From the human T2T-CHM13v2.0 reference genome, Homo sapiens: DNA of 64,000 bases. A program made the position numbers and the translations under genes. Positions within the stretch are counted from its first letter, which is position 1, and each line of letters starts with the position of its first letter. The notes beneath the pieces are model-generated. The model searched no databases. It saw nothing but the letters and a program-made list of their open reading frames with translations, and had not been told where the DNA came from. Below are positions 1 to 15,601 of this stretch, in pieces. The stretch lies in the NCBI RefSeq assembly GCF_009914755.1, contig NC_060931.1, one strand, 5' to 3'.

Positions 1-897
1 CCTTTAACAAAGCAAACAAAAACATAAAGTGGGGAAAAGACACTGTATTCAACAAATGGTGTTGGGGTAATTGGCAAGCCACATGTAGAAGAAGGAAGCT
101 GGATCCTCATCTCTCACCTTATACAAAAATCAGCTCAAAATGGATCAAAGACTTAAATCTAAGACCTGAAACCATAAAAATTCTAAAAGATAACCTCAGA
201 AAAACAATTCTAGATATTGATTTAGGCGAAGACTTCATGACCAAAAGCAAATGCAACAAAAACAAATAGATGGTACCTAATTAAACTAAAAGGCTTCTGC
301 ACAGTAAAAGAAATAATCAGCAAACAGACAGCCCACAGAGTGGAAGAGTATCTTTGCCAGCTATGTATCTGATAAAAGACTCATATCCAGAATCTACAAG
401 GAATTCAAAAAAATCAGCAAGAAAAAAACAAATAACCCCATCAAAAAGTGGGCAAAGGACATGAATAGACAATTCTCAAAAGAAGATATACAAATGGCCA
501 ACAAACATGAAAAAATGCTCAACATCACTAACGATCAGGGAAACGCAAATCGAAACTGCAGTGCAAAACCACCTTACTTCTGCAAGAATGGCCATAGATG
601 TTGGCATGGATGTAGTAAAAAGGAGCACTTTTACATTGCTGTTGGGACTGTGAACTAGTACAACCCCTATGGAAAACAGTATGGAGAGTCCTTAAAGAAC
701 TAAAAGTAGAACTACCACTTGATCCAGCAATCCTACTACTGAGTATCTACCCAGAGGAACAGAAGTCATCATCCAAAAAAGACACTTGCTCATGCATGTT
801 TATAGCAGCGCAATCTGCAATTGCAAAAATATAGAACCAGCCCAAATGCCCTTCAATCAATGAGTGGATAAAGAAACTGTGGTGTGTATATATATAT

Positions 898-940
<43 letters not shown>

Positions 941-1684
941 ATGGTATTATATTACATATATATGTTATATATATATGTTTTATATATATATGTTTTATAT
1001 ATATATGTTTTATATATATATGTTATATATATATATAAATGACATCAGTTTTCTCCAAAGACTTTTCTCTCTCCATGTATCTGTGACATACTTCTTTCTC
1101 TTGATATATGTCATTGTCAAGGAATCCTTGTTTTGACACTTCTTTTGTAAATCAGTTGCTTTTTCTCCTTGCCATTGCCCCACCTGCTTAGACTCTGTAT
1201 CTCTCAGTTAAAGGATTGCAACAGTCTTCTAATTGCATTTCCTTTCTTTAGTTTTTTTTCTACCTCCAATTAATAGGACATAACATATATAGTATTCCAT
1301 GGAATATATAGTATTCCATGGAATACTACTCAGCCATAAAAAGGAACAAAATAAAGGCATTCGCAGCAACTTGGATGGAGTTGGTGATCATTATCTAAGT
1401 GAAGTAACTCAGGAATGGAAAACCAAACATCATATGTTCTTACTTATAAGTGAGAGCTAAGCTATGAGGATGCAAAGGCATAAGAATGATATAATGGACT
1501 TTGGGTACTTGAGCGGAGGGGTGGGAGGAGGGTGAGGGATAAAAGACTACACATTGCGTACAGTGTACACTGCTCGGGTGATGGGTGCGCCAAATCTCAG
1601 AAATCACCACTAAAGAACTTTTCTGTGCAACCAAACACCATTTGTTCCCCCAAAACTGCTGAAATAAACAACAACAACAAAACA
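1..1684 (+). mobile_element. L1 (L1PB/L1MA-type) ORF2 3' end and 3'UTR, interrupted at ~885-1310
   Basis: ORF2 C-terminal remnants ([14 protein letters not shown]), L1 3'UTR and A-rich tail. Confidence 0.9.
885..1037. repeat. Compound (TA)n/(CA)n/(TATATATATGTTT)n microsatellite
   Basis: Directly visible. Confidence 0.95.
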
Positions 1685-2846
1685 GAATAGATACTGTAAA
1701 TTCATTCTAATTTGAGGAGGACAGAGAGAAGGGAGATAATGTCCCTTGTCAATTTTTTTGCATTTGTTTATATATTTACTGACTTTTGCTTTCTGTAGGT
1801 TAAATGACAATGGCCTTATGAAGTTGATATCTTTGTCTGAATTATTTAGATTGTTTTCCTTCAATTTTAAGAGTGCTATGTACTATGAAAGTACAGTGCT
1901 ATGAAAAAGTGAGTTAGTAATAGTGTGGCTGCCAGTTGCCTTTGATTACAATGTGACTTTATATCCTGGGGGCACAGGTTGTACTCTGAGGACAGTGGGA
2001 AAGCTTTGGAAGATGGTGGGCTGTGGGAGACACCTGAGTGAAGCCATGTTTTAAAAAGATCAATTTGAATATGTTATGTCCTATTAATTGGAGGTAGAAA
2101 AAAAACTAAAGAAAGGAAATGCAATTAGAAGACTGTTGCAATCCTTCAACTGAGAGATACAGAGTCTAGGCAGGTGGGGCAATGGCAAGGAGAAAAAGCA
2201 ACTGATTTACAAAAGTAGCGTCAAAACAAGGATTCCTCGACAATGACATGTATCAAAAGAAGGAAAGATGTCACAGATGCGTGGAGAGAGAAAAGTCTTT
2301 GGAGAAAACTGATGAGTTTAGCTTGGAACAGAGACTCTGAAAGGATGACAGGACACCCAGTTTGGACTTATCCTGTGGTTATATAGAGAGCAAGACTCTT
2401 AACTGTGGAGAGGTCAGAGGTGTGTGTATGAGGCTTGGAACGGCTTTTTGAGAAGCTATGCTGGCGGTTTTCCAGATAAGGGTCCAGTGAGGCCTTTGAA
2501 GTGGTTAGAATGGGCTTGGCCAGGCGGGGGCAGCAGAGCATCAGTAATTGCTGGGGACAGCTGGCCGGGACAAGAGCGCTGACAGGGAGTCATGTTTGGA
2601 TTGAGCCTTCGCACTTGTTCACATTTGTGGGCTGGAAGAACTACAGCCAGTTAAGAAGACAGAGGGAGTGGGGTCCTGAAGGTGGGATCGCCTGGGCAGC
2701 ACAAATGTGTGGAAGGCAAAGATGCAAAGACTTCTAGGAAGTCAGGAGGGGGTAGGAGTGTGAACAGAAGCAAATGACTAGTGACTTTGAAGAAAGAGAT
2801 TTCAGAAGAATAGTGAGGCCAACACCAGGTTAAAAGGGGTCAAATG

Positions 2847-3117
2847 GGCTGGGCGTGGTGGCTCAAGGCCTGTAATCCCAACACTGGGAGGCTGAGGCGG
2901 GTGGATCACTTGAGGTCAGGAGTTCTGGACCAGCCTGGCCAATATGGTGAAACCCCATCTCTACTAAAAATACAAAAATTAGCCTGCAATCCCAGCTACT
3001 TGGGAGGCTGAGGCAGGAGAATCGCTTGAACCTGGGGAGGTGGAGGTTGCAGTGAGCCAATAGCACACAACTGCACTCCAGCCTGGGTGACAAAGCCAGA
3101 CTCAGTCTCAAAAAAAA
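2847..3117 (+). mobile_element. AluS with a small internal deletion
   Basis: Alu dimer lacking the start of the right arm. Confidence 0.9.
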
Positions 3118-3488
3118 GAGGAGGCAGGGGATTAAATGAGGAATGGGTATGGAGATGGAGAAAGTGGGAATAGGAATGTATATTTTCAAGTCAATGAAAA
3201 AAAGCAGAGTAACAGGATGGTCGCTTAAAGGGGAGGCAGAATAGAGAGATTTTCTTTTAACCTGAAGTATTCTCGTGAGTGTTTGTGAGCTCAATGAAAT
3301 AATATCATGAAGAAAATAATTGAAAATGCCTGTGAGAGAAAGAACAAGGGGTTATGAAGACACTCCTCAGAAGAGTTGGGATATAATCAAGAGTTCTGGT
3401 GGAAAGTTTGGGTTGAAGGAGAGTAGGAAGGAAGAAGATATAGATAATGGAGATTTTATGGATCTTTATTAAGAGTGCCAACATTGTA

Positions 3489-3820
3489 CAGTCAGCCCTT
3501 CATATCCATGCGTTCTGCATCACAGATTTAACCAACTCAGGATCAAAAATGTTCAGAAAAACAATTGCACCTGTACTGACATATACAGACTTTTCTTTGT
3601 CATTATTCCCTAAACAATATAGTATAACAACTATTTATATTGTATTAGGTATTATAAGTAATCTAGAGATTATTTAAGATATACGGGAGGATGTGTATAG
3701 GTTATTTGCAAATAACTATGCCATTTTTTATCATATACTTGAGCATCTGCAGATTTTGGTACCTGGGGAGCAGAGGAGAAGCACTGGAACCAATTCCCCA
3801 TATATATCAAGAGATGATTG
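3489..3820. mobile_element. MER2 (Tigger-family MITE)
   Basis: TA|CAGTCAGCCCTTCATATCC ... GAGATGATTG|TA termini. Confidence 0.8.
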
Positions 3821-4217
3821 TATAAGTAAGCTGTATTCCAAATGTTCATTAGTTATCTGGAAAAGTTAAATCATTTTCCTGGAGAAACATGTGGTATTGC
3901 GGATATGGCATGTGGAAAGATTCTGGGCTGTGCTCTTCAGATCATGACATTATAATCACCTCCCCCTACTTTATAAATGTGGATATAACTCAAAGTTATG
4001 TTTTTACTGTTTTCACTTTACATTCTCCTCCTCAGAGAGAAGTTTCACTTTTACGGTTTAAAATATTCTTAACTATATAACAATATTTTCCCCCATTGTT
4101 GCAAGGACTCTTTAGTACAGAAAAGGCTGAACATTTAATAATTAGTTTTTAACACAGTGCCGTAATATCTTGTGTACTTTCCCAGAACTCAAATGTCTCC
4201 AAGATGGGAATTTAGAT

Positions 4218-4424
4218 CACTGGTTCTGAATCCTGGCTGCACATTAGAATCACTTTGCCTGGAGCTTCTAAGCAATATCAATGTCTCAGCCCACCCTTGG
4301 AGGTTTGAATTGAGGCCTCATTCAAGCAGTTTAGAATGAGGCCTAAGAAACAGTATTTTATTATTTTTTTTTTTTACCAGTTTCACAGGTGAATGTAATA
4401 TACAGCAGATGTTGAGAGCCACTG
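4218..4424. mobile_element. MER5-type hAT MITE
   Basis: CACTGGTTCT...GGCTGCACATTAGAATCAC...TTGAGAGCCACTG. Confidence 0.7.
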
Positions 4425-4991
4425 ACTTAGACGATTAAAGGAACTGCACTGACACTATTAGGTAAATTTTCAATGCATCATGTAGGGTAGGCTGCCCCAT
4501 TCAAACTCAGTGTGATTAAAATAAAATGCATTTCCACAAGCAGTTTTCTCTCCGGACTTTCTGTCTTCAATTATACATCCACAAAGGAAAACATGAAAAC
4601 CTCTTAGATTCAGCCTTTTTTCCATTTCCTCATATCCGGTCAGTCCTTAAATCCAATGTCCTTCATAGTCTCATGCCCATGCTCCCACAGCTCTGCCTGC
4701 CTCTATGTGTTATGAACTCCTGGAAATCTCTTGCTGTCTTCTTTGGCTCAAGTGCAGACAGTTGAGTTAATCATGTTCTTCAGGCATGTTGTCATCCTGG
4801 ATTCATGCAAGGCCCTTTGTTTAAATGAAGGTATTTATTCATTCAATAGTCTATTTTGCACATGGCTGCCAGATTGTTTTTAAAAGACTGCTTTCACCAA
4901 TTCTCTTGACTCACATCTCCCAGTAACTCCTCATTTCCTACTCTGTAAATGGTGAACTACTTTGTGTGCCTTTTAAGGCTTTATATAATTG

Positions 4992-5558
4992 GTATTGAAA
5001 CTCCAGGGATTCAGTCTAGGTCCTGCTGCTCACCACACAGGAAGCCAATCACTGAGACAGAGTATTGCCAGGGAAGAAGGCTTTATTCAGGTGCTATAGC
5101 TGAGGAGATCGGAGATCAGTCTCAAATCCATCTCCATTCATCTCCCTGACCAACTAAAATTGAAAGTTTATATACCAGGAAAGAAAAGTAACTATGTGTG
5201 GGAAAACAGGAATTAGGGAGGGGTAAGGAAGAGGAATTGGCCAACAGGAAGCAGGTGGTCAGTTAGGCAATAATAATGGCTAAGGGATCTGGCATCTCAT
5301 TGTCCAAATGCAGTGATTTAGTAAGTTTCAGTTCCTTGATACTATGTGGAAGGCCTGATGTTTGGTTTCCTGAGAAAGTAACTCAGATAAGAAAAATGTA
5401 ACTTTCTTAAGTCTTAGGAATCTCCCAGACATTTTTTTCTTGCCATTATCCGTTAAACAATATAGGGAATAACTAAAAAAGTCTTGGGAGGGTCTATTTC
5501 TATGTTTATTCAAAAGAAACCATAAACATCAGTTTTATGGGACAATGGACCAGTTTCA
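4992..5558 (-). mobile_element. ERV1 solo LTR (MER34/MER39-like)
   Basis: Minus strand starts TGAAACTGGTCCATTGTCCCATAAAACTGATG; AATAAA near its 3' end. Confidence 0.6.
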
Positions 5559-7815
5559 TAATCAACACCCATTCAACGTAGGATGTCACTTAACTTCTCT
5601 GGCCCATTTTACCACCTGTAAAATTATACGTTAATAAATATATAAAGATATGTAATTATATAATACTATATATTATACATATATAATTCTTTCTAGATCC
5701 AAACAAATATTCCTATTTTTTAAAGGACTATTTTCTATTCTGCCTACAATAGGCTATTCATTATTCTAATCAGTTTGGTTTCTTCACTGTTCTAACAACA
5801 CAAGCTCAGTGTTGCTTTTCATGTTGTTTTTCTCTTTTGAAAAACCTCAGGTCTTTTCTTAACCTGTCTATATGATATCATTATTCAAGGCACAGCTTAG
5901 ATTCCACTCATCTATAATGTCTTCCTAGATGAGTGCCTGAGTATATGATCACACAATTTGGAATATAATCCATTTTGTTTTGTGTTGTTCCCAGCCCTTA
6001 AGTATCTTTTTAATATTTTCTAAATATTCTGTTTTTATGTTCCTTTCTTTGTTCTAAGATTTATGTATAAGGATGCTTTAGAATTTTTGAGTGGTTGTAC
6101 TTTCATGTTGTTTTAATTTTTGTGGCTACATAGTAAGTATTATGATTTTCTAATTTTGTGCATTGTGGTCAGAGAATAAGATCTATAAAATTCCTGGTTT
6201 TAAAAAATGCGTTTAAATTTTTCTTTGCAATATCATCTAATTTTTGATCAGCTTTTGTCAAGATTTTTATGGAAACTTTAAAGTAATATGAATTCTTTGT
6301 TTTCAACAGTTTTTAAGCCAGTAATGTAAAATATCTTTTTACATGTAAAAGAGATATAACTTATTGTTCAAAACTGGGAACTACATTCATAATCTTACCA
6401 GTAAGTATTTTAGCATGTTTGCTTCTAGAGTTTCTATTTTTAAAAAATGACTAAAATCATATATATTATATATATTTGTATCCTGCTCTTGATTATTAAC
6501 AATAATTTGATGTGTTTTGTCATTAAAATATCATACTTAACATCATTTTTAAAAGCATATTTAATATTCCATTATATGGCTATATCATAATTTAATTAAT
6601 TCCTTGGTGTTGGACATTTACATTTCATTTTTTTTTTTACAACTGAAAATAATATATCATTCTTCAAATGCTAAAATAATAGACTGGAAACACACCCCAA
6701 CCTCCCATTCCTACTAATCTTTAGAAATGAGATAACGTATATTTTAAAAAGCTGTAACTGGATTGGAAAAGATGGGGAATTTAATATTAATAATTTAAAG
6801 TAATATGAATTCTGTTTTAAAGTTTTTAAACAAGTTATGTAAAATATCTGTTTATATATAAAAGAGATAATGTGTTGTTCAAAATTGGGAACTACATTCA
6901 TAATCTTACCAGAAATAACAGTACTGTAAGTATTGAAACTTCAGAAACTGTGAAGATTCCCTGGGTGATGGAGAGTAGCTCTCATTGAAAAAGAAAGCTC
7001 AGCCCAAAAGGTAAGTACATGAGTACTGTTAGAAGCAGGTAAGAGTGATTCCCAGAATGTACCACACCTGGAAGAGATAAACACTATGAGCAGGGAGGGT
7101 CTTGGCAGCAAACAGGGTGATTAGTCAGGGTACCACAGTAGGAGCAGCCAGGTGGCTGCCTCCAGGTGAAGGCAATGGGTATGGGAGATTGGGTCAGAGA
7201 GATAAGAATGTGCCCTTAAGTGGATAACAAGGGCACACAAGAGGGTAGGAATTTCCACAAGTGTAAGACTAAGATACCCACTAAGATACTCAGACTGGCA
7301 AGATATCCTAGTGGCACATTGTCTCTACTCCCTTACTCTTACTGAAAATTGATAGACATACAATCCTTGGTAGCCTGTCTTGTCTTTCCTTTGAGAGAAG
7401 AGACACACTAACTGGGCATCTGAAATACAAAAGTAAGTACCTAGTCAGAATTGTTCGTATTTGTGGAAAGCCAACACCCGGAAATACAATGAACTCAACA
7501 AATATAAGTACTTATACCTCAGGAAACAGTTAACAGAGCAAGCAGAACAGGATGAGAACAGAGGATAGTGTATCACTAAGAATAGGGAAACTAAATTTGA
7601 ACAATAATCTGAACCTACAATTGGAATAGACATCAATATAGGACATTGCAGAGGACAGGCAGGGAGGGAAATAAAATCATGCTAATGTTCCTGTCTTATT
7701 TGGAGGAGCATATAGGAACTGATTAACCTTAGATATTGTTTGAACAATATGATATTATGGATACATGTTGAAAATGCAAGGGTGATGACTAGAACAACAG
7801 AAATAGAATTTAAAA

Positions 7816-8172
<357 letters not shown>

Positions 8173-8333
8173 TCAAAAAAATCTGGAAATTGTGGTTAGT
8201 AGAAAACACAAAATATGACAGCAGGGAGTAGTTCAAACAGACCATGAAACACAATAATAGGCTAAATTGATCAACTGAGAGACTGCATAAAACCCAGTTA
8301 TAATAAAGAGGAGAAAAACAAAATGACATGTAA

Positions 8334-8710
<377 letters not shown>

Positions 8711-9034
8711 AGATAAAATACAATTTATGACAAAAATACTGAAAGGAACTTGAACTATTTCATGTTATTGAAAGGTATAAGAAAGTATAACAATCATAAG
8801 TCTCAATGTGTCTAACAACATAGCTCCCAAAAGCACAAACCAAAAACAAAAACACTCATGTGGAGAAACTGACAAATCCACAATCATACTGGGTGAATCC
8901 AAAGCTCTACTTACTGAAATGGAAAGATTGAGGAGGCAAAGAAAAAGAGAAAGTATAGAAAATTTGAATAATATAATCAACTGAACCAGATAATGCAGTT
9001 TTTAGTTTATTCTTTTTGCACAACTAAGGAAATA

Positions 9035-10920
<1,886 letters not shown>

Positions 10921-11174
10921 TATTATTATTATTTTAAAATCAGGAATGGGTGTTGAATTTGTCAAATGTTTTTCAGCTTATGAACAATGGTCATTTTTTT
11001 CCTCCTTATATCTTATAGTATATCATTAATACTTTAAATTATAAAATATAACATTTTATCTGGACTTTCGATTGATTTTCTGTTCTCAGTAATCAACAAT
11101 TATAAACATTTAAAAACATTCCTTATGGTTTGCTTTTTCTCTCCAGATACAAACACATTAAGTTTCTCTTTGAT

Positions 11175-11297
11175 TTTTTTTTTTTTTTTGAGACGGTATC
11201 TCGCTCTGTCACCCAAGCTGGAGTGCAGTGGCGCAATCTCGGCTCACTGCAAGTTCCACCTCCCTGTTTCATGCCATTCTCCTGCCTCAGCCTCCTG
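11175..11297 (-). mobile_element. Truncated Alu (right arm)
   Basis: PolyT plus right-arm consensus. Confidence 0.9.
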
Positions 11298-13444
11298 TCT
11301 CTGATATTTTTTATGTAACATGTTTCAGAAATTCAGAAAAATGCTAAAGACTATTATGCTTTCTAAACTGACTTTCAGAGAATGGACTTTCCATGAATGT
11401 ATTTGCTTTTCTAATTCCTTGAACAGTATGTTTAAGCTTGAAATTTTGGTTTTAAGACTATCTGCTATCTTACCATTGCATTTCAATAATTAGACATACC
11501 AGATACCATTTAAAAACGTTAAAGAATTCTTTTCTTTTTATAGTTTTAATCGTCACACAATGATGTACCTAACTTTGAGACTCCAAGGTAAGGTGGGAAA
11601 TGAAAGACAATTTCTGGTGTTGTTTTGGGGGACCATGGGTAGTCGCAATGGCCAGATCAGGTTTGTACATCTCTCTAGGCCTCTAAGCATGTGAGAGCTG
11701 TTTGGGTTGAAGATGTATCTTGTCCCAGACTTTTCATTGTTCTCAGTAATTTAGAACTTGAAATTTGAGTAACTATAATTTGAAAACTGAGCCACTTGTG
11801 CAACTGAATTCAAGACTGTAAAAACCTTGTTTTCTTATCTAATGATGTAAAGCAGCTTCCAAATCTTTTGTCATCAGTTCTCCCCCTCCCCACTCCTTTC
11901 TCACTTCCGTTTGAGAGAAAAATGCTTTAGCATTATTTGCAAGCAAGTCTTATTTTCAACATTTTAGTAAAGACTAGAGTATAATACAAAGTGAAAATTC
12001 AGTACACTCCATACAGGTATTTCTTCTCCTTTAATTTATTTTTCCTCATTTACCAATTCTCTCCATCTCTTTTGACCTCAAAATTCTCTATCTGCTTGCC
12101 AAAAATTGTCCCTAGCTGCCTCCTTCCATTTCTAGCTGTGTGTGAGGTAGTCCACAGAAGCAATACACTGAATAGTGCAGTTGCTGTGTTGATCATCCCT
12201 ATGGCTATAGGTGGTTATTATATTTTGTGTGCCCTGAAAGGCTTAGGTGATGTGTTCCATATACAATTTTAAGGCATTTACCCCACGTTTTTCTAAACAA
12301 AAAATTTTTAAAGCAATTATTTAAGAGTGGATATATGTTCTCTTTCACTTTACAAAAAATTTTGGAGGGAATCTGAGAGAAGTCATGGTTAGAGATTAGT
12401 AAAGTTGGAAAGTACTGCAAATTACCTAACCCAGCTCATTTACAAGTGAGAAAATCTGGGCACAGAGCGGTTAAATCACTTGCAGAGTAACATATAAGAA
12501 AAAGAAACACATGAAGGAAGGATAAAGGAAAGGTCTGCATGAAGTGTAGTGATCTAGATTGGTGGCCAGAAATATAAGTGTGATTTTATTTTCAGTTCAT
12601 GGCTATTTTTACCACAAGAGGAACACTGATCAGCCTAAATTGGTCAGGGAAACAGAGAAAAGTTTTGTCCTCAAAACATAGCTCACTGTCCAGCTTGTTG
12701 TAAAAAAAATAAAATAAAGGTTAACTGTCATTATTCTCACTGTTATTGCTTTATTCCACTTCTCAAGGCCTAACCACACCACTATGTCTTGGCTTCTCTT
12801 TCACCCATCGTCTGCCATTTTTGAGCATTGATTCTCCAGTGCTTTGTGGACCCTTTCTACTCTCTTTAGGCTCAATTAATTCCTTTATTTTTTAATTAAT
12901 TCATTGGCAGAATGTTTTCTCACATTTTTATAAGAGTGTTGGCTCTTGAAAGAGGTATTTATTACACATGTTCTTTAACTCCAAAGGAAACCAGAAAAAA
13001 ACAAACGGGGACAAGAAATCAATTTTCAATTTTACAGGGATATTAACAGATGAAGTATGGTTAGAAAAAAATTTCCTGAAGCAAAATAACCACGCTGCCA
13101 TTCAATCCTTGCCATTAATGCAGTTTGTCATAATACCAAATTAAATCCATTTTTAAAAAGTTCTGTGTTTTTTAAAACACATATTTTCCCTAAATTTAAG
13201 CAAAAGGAGAAGCTCTATTCAAAGCAATAAATTCTACTTACTATTTGTATGGCACTGTGGTGGGCCCTGAAAAGGATACTAAAATGAGTAAGTACCTGCC
13301 TTCAGTAGCTGAGTGTGTCTTGTTTTTCTTTCAGAAAGTTTTTGCACAGAAAGAAGTCTGGGGTCTGTGAGACAATCACACAAATTTCAACATTTCTGCC
13401 TCTTCTTCACCAGCAGGAATATGAGGCATCTGACACCGTTAGTG

Positions 13445-14625
13445 AGTTTCACACATTAATTCAACAGATATTTATTGAGTGCTTACTACAGACCTAGTGC
13501 AGGTCACTAAAAAATCACAAAATCCCTGCCCCTATAGAATTTGTACTCTAGTTGGGGGATAATAAATGGAGAATAAGCACATGAGTAAATTATGTAAGTA
13601 ATATAGAGAGAAACAAAGCAGAGGAGGAGCATAAGAAATTCTTGGTTTGGTGAGGTTGCAACTTCAAGCAGGGTTTCAAATAGGGTTGCCAGGGAGGGTC
13701 TCATTAGAAGGGGACCTGAAGTATGCGCTGAGTGAAATAAAAGTGTTAGCCAGGAAGATACATTTGGCAAAGCACTCCAAGTAGACGGGACAGCAAGTGC
13801 CAAGGCCTCAGTTGGGAGTGTACCTGGCTTTTTAAAATATGAACTAAGAGCTAGGAGGCCAGTGTGGCTGCAACTGGCTAACTAGGGAGAAAGCAATAGG
13901 AGAAAATTTAAACCTTTAAGGGCTAGAGACTGGGCTTTACTCTGATGAAAATCCCTGGAGGCTTTTGTTGAGCAGAGGAGTGAAATGATCCGATTTACAG
14001 TTTAGATTGTTAAAAGAAAAACTTTAAACAAGTTAAATCTAATAAAGTTTATTTGCACGAGCGCACGTGCACACACACACACGATTTATGAGGCATTCAT
14101 CAGGCAGCAGCACTTAACAGGGAGAGGTTCAGAGAGCTCTACCCAGCACTGTGGGCAGGCAGTATTTATAGACAGAAAAAGGAAGTGCCCCACAGAAACA
14201 GCTTGATTGCTTACAGTTGGGCTAGTCTTATTTGGGCAGGACATTATGACGTATTTGCCTTATATGCACATAGTCTGATCAGTTGGCAGCCTGTGATTGG
14301 CTGAAGCTCAGCTACTTGTCACAAGAATATACTCTCAGTTGCAGTTAATTTACATACTAAGTTAGGTTGCAGTTCCCTACATAGCAACTCAGAGTAGGGA
14401 GGAAATTTTAGGCCAAATTTAATTTAAATTATGTTGGAGCATGACCAAAGTTGGTCATGGCCAGAAGCTGAACACAGATATGGAAGCTAACACAATATCC
14501 AGTGGAGAGAGATTGTGGTAGAGTACATGGGGCGAAATGGTTGATTTCTGCATTTTTGTTGGTGACGCCATCAGGATTTGCTGAAGAACCAAACGTGTGA
14601 CAGGAAAGGACAACACAAGGAGCTG
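13445..14625 (-). mobile_element. L2 fragment interrupted by an ERV1 LTR (~14008-14430)
   Basis: L2 3' end ATTCAACAGATATTTATTGAGTGCTTACT; LTR end TGTTAAAAGAAAAACTTTAAACAAG. Confidence 0.7.
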
Positions 14626-15421
14626 CCAGCTTTGGAAACCAGTTCTACTCTCAGTATTACCTTCGCAAAAGATAGAGCTTTGTAAATTTCTAGATTCCTC
14701 GTTCTTATTATCCTAGACTATTTAACCAGAATCTCCAGGGTCGTGGTCCTGGAAACAATACGTTTAAAACTCTTCCCAAGGATCCTTCAGCAGCCAACTT
14801 GACTTTGGCTAAGGAGTCCGCCAGCTCTGGGCTCACTTGGGTTGTTTGCAAGGAAGAGCCCATGCCCAGAGTATAAATTGGGAGAACAGCGCTGTGCAAA
14901 GAGCGTGGGTTGGTGAGCTAGTGGATGGCGAGATTAATCTCACTCTGATCCCTAAAGCAGGGTGCAGTAATACTCTAAATGCCTCAAATGGGTTGGGAAC
15001 CATGGAAGGAATCCCGGAGGAGCCCGATCTTAACGAAGCTTTTCTCAGGCCTTTGGTAGGAGGACAGAAACGAAGTTGAATGAAAAAGACAGTGGAGTGG
15101 GACTGAGAAATGACAACGGCCCACCACAGACCTCTCTCTTTCAAGGCCTGTGTCGTCAGGACGCAGGCCAGAAGAAGCCACGACGAGGCGCAGGCGCGAC
15201 TCCACGAGGGCCACGCCCCTCCTAGAGAAGGACCGACCCGTTTTCCGCCCGCAGCGGAGCTTGGGTTTCCGGGAGGACCTGATTGTGCAAGGGACCAAAC
15301 CGGATAGAGGTCGCGCGCCCTCTTTCGTCTGCCTTCCGGTTCACTAATACGCAAGTTCGCAGAAGTGCGGGAACGCGCCGTCCCTCTGCGCAGGCGCAGT
15401 CGGCGGTCGGCGTGGGGCGCT

Positions 15422-15595
15422 ATGCCGGGGCGGCACGTTTCTCGAGTCCGGGCATTGTACAAGCGCGTCTTGCAGCTGCACCGTGTTCTGCCCCCGGACC
15501 TCAAATCCCTGGGCGACCAGTACGTGAAAGACGAATTTAGGAGACATAAGACCGTTGGTTCTGACGAGGCACAGCGTTTCTTGCAAGAATGGGAG
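15422..15595 (+). CDS. SDHAF3: SDHAF3 coding exon 1 (codons 1-58, LYR-motif region); phase-0 intron follows
   Basis: ATG at 15422 reads [58 protein letters not shown], the SDHAF3 N-terminus with its LYK motif. Homology stops at GAG|GCAAGT. The expected continuation (VYATALLQQ...) was not seen in the window. Confidence 0.96.
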
Positions 15596-15601
15596 GCAAG
15601 T
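15593..15601 (+). other. Non-canonical GC 5' splice site of SDHAF3 intron 1
   Basis: GAG|GCAAGT exactly where protein homology ends; the remaining positions fit the donor consensus AG|GxAAGT. Confidence 0.88.

Noticed and set aside
15365-15421. N-terminal extension [19 protein letters not shown] of SDHAF3
   Set aside because: Comes from a GTG start called by the ORF finder; the known protein begins at ATG 15422.
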